Positions 56,889 to 64,000 of a DNA stretch of 64,000 bases are shown here, piece after piece. The notes under the pieces were generated by a model. The model had not been told where the DNA came from. It did not search any database and saw only the letters and a list, made by a program, of their open reading frames with translations. A program made the position numbers and the translations under genes. How positions within the stretch are numbered: position 1 is the stretch's first letter; the number at the start of each line of letters is the position of its first letter. The stretch is from an uncultured Acidimicrobiia bacterium (GTDB taxonomy: Bacteria; Actinomycetota; Acidimicrobiia; Acidimicrobiales; JACDCH01), in assembly GCA_963802415.1 (NCBI GenBank), contig CAWDIH010000002.1, forward strand, positions 792,085-856,084. Direction: 5' to 3'.

Positions 56889-56966
56889 GCGAGCGCAGCG
56901 AGCGCACTGCGGACGCGCGACCGCCAGGGAGCCGGCCGCCGATGGGGTTCGGGGGCGCAGCCCCCG
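56889..56966 (+). repeat. Diverged, modular copy of repeat family R1 (copy c) inserted between ilvB and ilvN
   Basis: It shares the modules gagcgagcgc(n)agcgagc, gagccgg(c/g)c(c/g)gcgatgggg and gggggcgcagccccc, in the same order as R1a/b. Confidence 0.55.
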
Positions 56967-56973
56967 TGATGAC

Positions 56974-57501
56974 ATGAGCGGCGATGGATACCGGCATCAC
57001 ATCCTGTCGGTGCTCGTCGAGAACAAACCCGGCGTGCTCGCACGCGTGGCCGGACTGTTCGCCCGACGTGGCTACAACATCTTCAGCCTCGCCGTCGCAC
57101 CCACGGAGGACGAGCGCTTCAGCCGGCTGACGATCGTCGTCGACGTCGAGTCGGCACCGCTCGAGCAGATGGTGAAGCAGCTCTTCAAGTTGATTCATGT
57201 CGTGAAGATCACCGAGCTCGATCCGCGGGAGTCGGTCGAGCGCGAGTTGCTGCTGGTCACCGTGTCCGCGGCGCCCGACATCCGTGGTCAGATCATCGAG
57301 CTGGTGCAGGTGTTCGGCGGTCGGATCCTCGCCGTCGGCCAGGACTCGCTCACGATCAGCATCGAAGGGGCGCCGGACAAGGTCGACGACTTTGAAGAGC
57401 TGCTCCGTCCGTATGGGATCGTAGAGCTGCAACGCACCGGCCGGGTCGCACTGCCGCGGCTCGATCGCACGCCCCGAGCTCGCATCGCGCGGGTTTCCTG
57501 A
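56974..57501 (+). CDS. ilvN: acetolactate synthase small (regulatory) subunit
   Basis: MSGDGYRHHILSVLVENKPGVLARVAGLFARRGYNIFSLAV is an ACT domain. 175 aa. Confidence 0.9.
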   Translation: MSGDGYRHHILSVLVENKPGVLARVAGLFARRGYNIFSLAVAPTEDERFSRLTIVVDVESAPLEQMVKQLFKLIHVVKITELDPRESVERELLLVTVSAAPDIRGQIIELVQVFGGRILAVGQDSLTISIEGAPDKVDDFEELLRPYGIVELQRTGRVALPRLDRTPRARIARVS

Positions 57502-57510
57502 ACGACCTGA

Positions 57511-58560
<1,050 letters not shown>

Positions 58561-58573
58561 CGGAGCTCTCTTC

Positions 58574-58634
58574 GCGTTCTGGCGTGCATTAGCTACATCC
58601 CGTGTGGCTGACGCACGCCGAAACGAGACGGAGG
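58574..58634 (+). repeat. Degenerate copy of repeat family R2 (copy c)
   Basis: The right half gtgtggctgacgcacgccgaaacgagacggagg matches gtgtgcctgacgaacgccgaaacaagggaggg of R2b (reverse complement). The left arm is degraded, but a ggcgtgc/gcacgcc stem remains. Convergent gap after ilvC. Confidence 0.5.
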
Positions 58635-58646
58635 TTCGTCCACGTG

Positions 58647-60353
58647 CTACATCGTCTCGGCGAAGCTGACCTCGCCCTGACCCCGCAACACGTTCTTCAG
58701 CAGCTTGCCCGATGCGTTGCGCGGCAGCTTCTCGTCCCGGATGTCCACGTACGCGGGCACCTTGAAGTTGGCAAGAGCGTCTGCGACCCACGAACGCAGC
58801 TCTTGTTCCGTGATCGATTCGCCCGGCTCGACTTGTACGACTGCCTTGACCTCTTCACCGAGCTCCGGATGGGGGATGCCGATGACCGCGGCGTCCGCTA
58901 TCGCGGGATGCTCGACGAGACGGTTCTCGATCTCGACGCAGTAGATGTTCTCGCCGCCTCGGATGATCATGTCCTTCTTGCGATCGGTGATGAAGAGGAA
59001 GCCGTCCTCGTCGACGTAGCCGACGTCGCCCGTGTACAGCCACCCATCCCGCACGGTGTCGGCGGTCGCCTCCGGCTTGTTCCAGTAACCCGCCATGATG
59101 AGCGGGCCGTACATCGTCACTTCACCGGTCTGTCCAGTCGGAACCGCGTTGCCGGTCGCATCGCGGATCTCGAGCTGGAGCGTCGGGACTGCTTGCCCGA
59201 CCGAGTCCGGCTTGTCGATCGCGTCCTGGCCCGAGATGGCGGTTGCGACCGACGACGACTCGGTGAGTCCGTACGCGTTCGTCGTCGTCGTGACGTTCGG
59301 GAACGTCTCGTGCACCTTGCGTTGCAGTTCTTCTGCGGACGGCGAGCCGCCGAACGCGACACTCACGACCGACGACGTGTCGTAGTCGTGACGGTCGGGG
59401 TACTCGCAGACCCGCCAGACCATCGTCGGCACCGTCGCCCACAGCGTGACCTTGTGCTTTTGGATCAGGTCGAGCGCGCTGGCCGGGTCGAACCGCCCTT
59501 CGATCATCACCAGCTTCAACCCGGCGAGGAGCCCGACCACGAGCGTGGAGTGGCAACCCGACACGTGGAACAACGGCGAGGTGAACAGCGCGACGGCTTG
59601 GCCTGCGCCCTGTGGCAGCGCGCCGCCGCCCAACATGGCGCCGGCGACGCTGCCGTAGATCGTGTTCTGCAGATTGGCGATCATGCTGCGGTGGGTGCTG
59701 ATGGCGCCCTTTGGGCGTCCGGTCGTGCCGCTCGTGTAGAAGATGACGGCGTAGTCGTCCTCGTCGATCGGGACGTCCGGCGCGTCCTCGGCCGGCGTGG
59801 CAAGCAGTTCGTCGAACCGGTGGAGCCGCTCGTCGCCACCGAACTCGGACGAATCTGCGTCGATCAGGAAGACATGTTCGAGATCAGGGCACTCGTCGAG
59901 GTTGCCCGCGATCCGCTCGAACCGCTTGGCGTCGGCAATGAGGACCTTGGAGCCGGAGTCCTGCAGGCCATAGACGATCTCATCGGTGGTCCACCAGCCG
60001 TTCAGGCCGACGAGGATCGCGCCGAGGTTCACCGTGCCCCAGAACGTGAGGCACCATTCGGGGTTGTTCTGGCTGAGCACTGCGACCCGGTCGCCGTGCC
60101 CGACTCCGAACGACTGCAGGCCTGTGCTCGTCGTGTATGCGCTGTTGATGAAGTCCTTGAAGGAGTGCTCGCGATCGCCGTAGACGATGAACGTGTCGTT
60201 GCCGCGGCCGATCGCCACCTCGCAGATCTGGCGCAGCGCCTTCATGCGTTCCTTGTAGACCTGCATCGGCCGGCCACGGACCTGCTCGGTCACGACCTCG
60301 AACGGCCCGCCTGGCCCGGTCAGCTGCTCCTTCACCTCTGCTGCAGTCGGCAT
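58647..60353 (-). CDS. AMP-dependent acyl-CoA synthetase/ligase (FadD-like)
   Basis: Intact 568 aa. FYTSGTTGRPKGA (AMP-binding P-loop), YGLTE, TGDVGYVDEDGFLFITDRKKDMI and the GKLLK end motif. Confidence 0.85.
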   Translation of the reverse strand: MPTAAEVKEQLTGPGGPFEVVTEQVRGRPMQVYKERMKALRQICEVAIGRGNDTFIVYGDREHSFKDFINSAYTTSTGLQSFGVGHGDRVAVLSQNNPEWCLTFWGTVNLGAILVGLNGWWTTDEIVYGLQDSGSKVLIADAKRFERIAGNLDECPDLEHVFLIDADSSEFGGDERLHRFDELLATPAEDAPDVPIDEDDYAVIFYTSGTTGRPKGAISTHRSMIANLQNTIYGSVAGAMLGGGALPQGAGQAVALFTSPLFHVSGCHSTLVVGLLAGLKLVMIEGRFDPASALDLIQKHKVTLWATVPTMVWRVCEYPDRHDYDTSSVVSVAFGGSPSAEELQRKVHETFPNVTTTTNAYGLTESSSVATAISGQDAIDKPDSVGQAVPTLQLEIRDATGNAVPTGQTGEVTMYGPLIMAGYWNKPEATADTVRDGWLYTGDVGYVDEDGFLFITDRKKDMIIRGGENIYCVEIENRLVEHPAIADAAVIGIPHPELGEEVKAVVQVEPGESITEQELRSWVADALANFKVPAYVDIRDEKLPRNASGKLLKNVLRGQGEVSFAETM

Positions 60354-60377
60354 GTCGCAGAAGCTACTTCTGTTGCA

Positions 60378-61514
60378 TCATCGGGTGAGCCGTTCGACGA
60401 CGTAATCGATGCAGTGCGTGAGGGCGGCGACGTCGTCCGGGTCGATCGCGGTGAACGTCGCGATGCGCAGTTGGTTGCGTCCCAGCTTGCGGTACGAATC
60501 GGTGTCGACCACCCCGTTGTGCCGCAGGACGGCGGACACCGATACGGCATCGATGGAGGGATCGAAGTCGATCGTGGCGACGACGTGGCTGCGCTGCGCC
60601 GGGTCCGCGACGAACGGCGTCGCGAAGCGCGACGCCTCCGCCCACCGGTACAGGATCTGGGCGGACTGGTCGCAGCGCGACGCCGCCCACTCGAGCCCGC
60701 CGTTGCCGTTGATCCATTCGACCTGCTCGGCGGCGAGGAACAGCGTCGCGAGCGCGGGCGTGTTGTACGTCTGGTCCTTCCGGCTGTTGTCGATGGCGAT
60801 CGCCAAGTCGATGAACGCCGGGACCCATCGATCTGACGACGCAATGCGCTCCGCTCGTTCGATCGCAGCAGGGGACATCGCCGCGATCCACAAGCCCCCG
60901 TCCGATCCCAAGTTCTTCTGCGGCGCGAAGTAGTACACGTCGACCTGCGACGCATCGAACCGCAGGCCACAGGCGGCCGACGTCGCGTCGACCAACACCA
61001 GTTGACCGGCAGACGCACCATCCGGACGCTGCAGCGGCATGGCGACACCGGTCGAGGTCTCGTTGTGGGTCAGGCAGTAGGCGTCGACAGTGGCGTCAGC
61101 GACGGGTAGCGGATGCGTACCCGGCGCCGACTCGATGATCGACGGTTGCTCGAGGAACGGTGCGCCGGCGACTTCGGCCGCGAACTTGGAGGAGAACTCG
61201 CCGAAGCTCAGGTGCTGGCTCCGGCGCTCGATGAGCCCGTACGCGGCGGCGTCCCAGAACGCTGTCGTGCCGCCGTTGCCGAGCACGATCTCGTAGCCGT
61301 CCGGTACGTTCAGCAACTCCGCGAGCCCGTTGCGCAGCGCGCCGACGACGAACCGGACAGTGGCCTGGCGGTGGCTCGTGCCCATGTACTCGGGGGCGGC
61401 CTTGGCGAGCGCTTCGACGCCTTCGGTCCGCACCTTGGACGGCCCCGACCCGAACCGTCCGTCGCGCGGGAGCAGGTCGGCGGGGATGGCGATCTCGGGT
61501 GTGGCGGCGCTCAT
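60378..61514 (-). CDS. serC: phosphoserine aminotransferase (actinobacterial type)
   Basis: [29 protein letters not shown]...HNETSTGV...[14 protein letters not shown] (PLP Lys). The internal ATG 61514 was chosen; the upstream ORF part is antisense to the aminotransferase gene. Confidence 0.88.
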   Translation of the reverse strand: MSAATPEIAIPADLLPRDGRFGSGPSKVRTEGVEALAKAAPEYMGTSHRQATVRFVVGALRNGLAELLNVPDGYEIVLGNGGTTAFWDAAAYGLIERRSQHLSFGEFSSKFAAEVAGAPFLEQPSIIESAPGTHPLPVADATVDAYCLTHNETSTGVAMPLQRPDGASAGQLVLVDATSAACGLRFDASQVDVYYFAPQKNLGSDGGLWIAAMSPAAIERAERIASSDRWVPAFIDLAIAIDNSRKDQTYNTPALATLFLAAEQVEWINGNGGLEWAASRCDQSAQILYRWAEASRFATPFVADPAQRSHVVATIDFDPSIDAVSVSAVLRHNGVVDTDSYRKLGRNQLRIATFTAIDPDDVAALTHCIDYVVERLTR

Positions 61515-61535
61515 ACGTCTGCAACTATCGCGTGT

Positions 61536-62741
61536 GTGACCCCCACCTCCCGCCGTCGAATCTCCCAGCGCGTCGGCGCCATCCCCGAATCGGCCACCCT
61601 GGCGGTCGACGCCAAGGCGAAGGCGCTGAAAGCGGCAGGAGAGCCGGTGATCGGCTTCGGCGCGGGCGAACCCGACTTCCCGACGCCCGCCCACATCGTC
61701 GAGGCTGCTGTCGAAGCCTGCCGTGATCCCAAGAACCACCGCTACACGCCGACCCCCGGGCTGCCCGAGCTGCGGGAAGCCATCGCGGCCAAGACCAAAC
61801 GGGATTCCGGGTTCGACCCGGCGCCTTCTCAGGTGCTCGTGACCAACGGCGGCAAGCACGCGGTGTACAACACCCTGCTCACGCTGCTCGACGAGGGCGA
61901 CGAGGCGTTGCTCCCCGCTCCGTATTGGACGACCTATCCCGAGCCGGTCCGCCTCGCCGGTGCGACGCCGGTCGTATTGCAGACCGACGAGACCACCGGC
62001 TTCAAGGTCACAATCGATCAGCTCGACGCCGCCCGCACGGATCGAACGAAGCTCCTGGTGTTCGTGTCGCCGTCCAATCCGTCCGGCGCGGTGTACTCAC
62101 GGGAACAGATCCAAGCGATCGGCCAGTGGGCGGTCGAGCACGGCATCTGGGTCGTGACCGACGAGATCTACGAGCACCTCACGTTCGGCGATCACGAGTT
62201 CCACTCGATGCCGGTTGTCGTACCCGAGATCGTTGACCGCTGCGTTGTGCTCAACGGTGTGGCCAAGACGTACGCCATGACGGGCTGGCGTGTCGGGTGG
62301 ATGATCGGTCCCTCCGACGTGATCACCGCGGCCACGAACCTGCAGTCACACTCGACATCGAACGTGAACAACGTCGCGCAACGCGCCGCGCTGACCGCGG
62401 TGTCCGGGTCGCTCGACGCTGTCGCCGAGATGCGGAGCGCCTTCGAACGCCGTGCTGATGTCGCGTACAAGATGCTCAACGGGGTGCGGGGCGTGACGTG
62501 CATCGAGCCCGAAGGCGCGTTCTATGCGTACCCGAACCTGACCGGACTGCTCGACCGTCAGATCGCGGGGCGCAATGCGCCGACGACGATCGACTTGGCC
62601 GCGCTGCTGCTCGAAGAAGCAAAGGTCGCGATCGTTCCCGGTGAGGCGTTCGGCACGCCCGGCTACGCACGCATCTCGTTCGCACTCGGAGACGACGATC
62701 TCGGCGAGGGCCTGCAACGCATCGCCGACCTGGTGGGCTGA
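61536..62741 (+). CDS. pyridoxal-phosphate-dependent aspartate aminotransferase (class I)
   Basis: [43 protein letters not shown]...[10 protein letters not shown]...[15 protein letters not shown] (PLP Lys). GTG 61536 start. Confidence 0.85.
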   Translation: MTPTSRRRISQRVGAIPESATLAVDAKAKALKAAGEPVIGFGAGEPDFPTPAHIVEAAVEACRDPKNHRYTPTPGLPELREAIAAKTKRDSGFDPAPSQVLVTNGGKHAVYNTLLTLLDEGDEALLPAPYWTTYPEPVRLAGATPVVLQTDETTGFKVTIDQLDAARTDRTKLLVFVSPSNPSGAVYSREQIQAIGQWAVEHGIWVVTDEIYEHLTFGDHEFHSMPVVVPEIVDRCVVLNGVAKTYAMTGWRVGWMIGPSDVITAATNLQSHSTSNVNNVAQRAALTAVSGSLDAVAEMRSAFERRADVAYKMLNGVRGVTCIEPEGAFYAYPNLTGLLDRQIAGRNAPTTIDLAALLLEEAKVAIVPGEAFGTPGYARISFALGDDDLGEGLQRIADLVG

Positions 62742-62756
62742 GGAGCGCGCGCGGGC

Positions 62757-64000
62757 ATGGCCAGAGTTCTCGTCACGGAGGAGATCGCGGACGGCGGGCT
62801 CGACCGGCTGCGAGCAGCGGGACATGAGGTCGACGTGCAACTCGGCCTGTCTCCGGGAGCACTCCTCGACGCGGTGAAGGGTGCACACGCGCTGATCATC
62901 CGTTCGGCAACGAACGTCACGGCCGAGGTGCTCGACACCGCCCACACCCTGATCGTCGTCGGGCGCGCCGGCATCGGGCTCGACAACGTAGACGTCGAGC
63001 ACGCGACGTCGCGCGGCGTCATGGTCGTCAACGCTCCTCAGTCGAACGTTCTCTCTGCCGCGGAGCAGACGCTCGGGCTGTTGCTCGCGCAGGCGCGCAA
63101 CATCCCTCAGGCGCACGCCGCGCTCAAGGGCGGCCGGTGGGAGCGCAGCCGTTGGGAGGGCGTCGAGCTGGCGGACAAGGTGCTCGGCATCATCGGGCTC
63201 GGTCGCATAGGCAAGCTCGTCGCGCAACGAGCGTCCGCGTTCGGCATGCGGCTGCTCGCGTACGACCCGTTCGTGTCCGCCGAGCGCGCCCGTCAGATGA
63301 ACGTCGAGCTGGTCGAGCTCGACGAGCTGATGCGCCAGTCGGACTTCGTGACGATCCACGTCGCCAAGACGAAAGAGACCGTCGGACTGGTCGACAAGGA
63401 CCTCCTAGCCAAGGCGAAGCCCGGCGTCCGCATCATCAACGTCGCCCGGGGAGGCATCGTCGACGAGAACGCGCTCGCAGAAGCCATCGAGTCGGGTCAA
63501 GTGGGTGGTGCTGCGATCGACGTCTTCGCCGAGGAGCCGACCACCGAGTCGCCATTGTTCGACCTCGACGCCGTCGTCGTCACGCCTCATCTCGGTGCAT
63601 CGACTCGCGAGGCGCAGGACAAGGCGGGCGACACCATCGCCGAACAGATCGCGCTCGCGCTCGCCGGCGACTTCGTGCCGTACGCGGTCAACGTGAGCGC
63701 GGCCGAGGCGAGCGAGACCGTCCGTCCGTTCCTGCCGCTGGCGGAGCGGCTGGGACGTATCTACGTCGCCCTCAACGAAGGGACCCCCACTCGACTCGAG
63801 ACCGAGTACGAAGGCCAGCTTGCTGATTACGACACGCGGATCTTGACGTTGGCGGTGCTGAAGGGCGTGTTCGGCGGCGTCGTCGAAGAGCCGGTGTCGT
63901 ACGTCAACGCGCCACGCATCGCGGCCGAGCGCGGTGTCGAGGTGCGCGAGTCGTCTTCGTCGACCGCGCAGGATTACGTCAATCTCGTCACCGTTCGCGG
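62757..64000 (+). CDS. serA: D-3-phosphoglycerate dehydrogenase, 3' end outside window
   Basis: Not in the ORF track because it has no stop in the window. My translation from ATG 62757 is uninterrupted: MARVLVTEEIADGGLDRLRAAGHEV...GIIGLGRIGKLVAQRA...NVARGGIVDE...TPHLGAST... Confidence 0.9.
   Translation, partial: MARVLVTEEIADGGLDRLRAAGHEVDVQLGLSPGALLDAVKGAHALIIRSATNVTAEVLDTAHTLIVVGRAGIGLDNVDVEHATSRGVMVVNAPQSNVLSAAEQTLGLLLAQARNIPQAHAALKGGRWERSRWEGVELADKVLGIIGLGRIGKLVAQRASAFGMRLLAYDPFVSAERARQMNVELVELDELMRQSDFVTIHVAKTKETVGLVDKDLLAKAKPGVRIINVARGGIVDENALAEAIESGQVGGAAIDVFAEEPTTESPLFDLDAVVVTPHLGASTREAQDKAGDTIAEQIALALAGDFVPYAVNVSAAEASETVRPFLPLAERLGRIYVALNEGTPTRLETEYEGQLADYDTRILTLAVLKGVFGGVVEEPVSYVNAPRIAAERGVEVRESSSSTAQDYVNLVTVR

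Noticed and set aside
60358-60372. Inverted repeat CAGAAG-cta-CTTCTG between the serC stop and the fadD-like start.
   Set aside because: It has a 6-bp stem only. It could be a weak serC terminator or an operator, but it does not fit the KstR or KstR2 patterns and has no other copies in the window.

Overview
High-GC chromosomal segment with a clear actinobacterial signature: GlgE alpha-glucan pathway, PASTA Ser/Thr kinase, mycothiol-type class III alcohol dehydrogenase, DinB/mycothiol-transferase-like protein, LLM/F420-type oxidoreductase and an Eis-like GNAT. I found no rRNA, tRNA, CRISPR array, integrase, transposase, phage or recognisable defence genes, so this looks like core backbone rather than an island.

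Gene content, left to right:
- murA, Nfu-like protein, MeaB and a crotonase.
- A rhodanese-VOC-kinase operon.
- An SDR-LLM operon.
- A glycogen/trehalose cluster: glgP, then glgE-treS-mak-glgB, a GH57 gene and a galT-like gene.
- A conserved but functionally uncharacterised MoxR/DUF58/DUF4350/DUF4129/DUF95/RDD membrane module.
- iscS-mnmA, ligA, a PASTA kinase and a carotenoid-oxygenase-like gene.
- SCP2/TetR/ferredoxin/esterase genes, gatCAB, an Eis-like GNAT and a MATE pump.
- ilvD, ilvBNC, a fadD-like ligase, serC, an aspartate aminotransferase and serA.

The order iscS-mnmA...ligA...gatCAB...ilvBNC...serA matches the conserved mycobacterial block Rv3025c to Rv2996c.

Main observations:
1. 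About 30 conserved genes are broken only by 1-nt frame shifts. There is an extreme hot zone at 44.8-50.55 kb (gatB alone has roughly 18 shifts). It stops abruptly, and the following 13.5 kb is completely intact. This is more consistent with indel-type consensus error than with gene decay, but it must be checked against reads.
2. At least three families of short interspersed intergenic hairpin repeats are present. One copy is wedged between ilvB and ilvN.
3. Four tandem units of 86-95 bp fill the gatC-gatA junction, and each repeats the gatA start context.
4. There is a textbook ilvB leader peptide (MSPSRLILVVVT) with a terminator attenuator.
5. There are several candidate operators and promoters.

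I did not find convincing evidence for a novel multi-gene system. The repeat families and the MoxR module are the best leads. All coordinates and identities come from manual reading and alignment.
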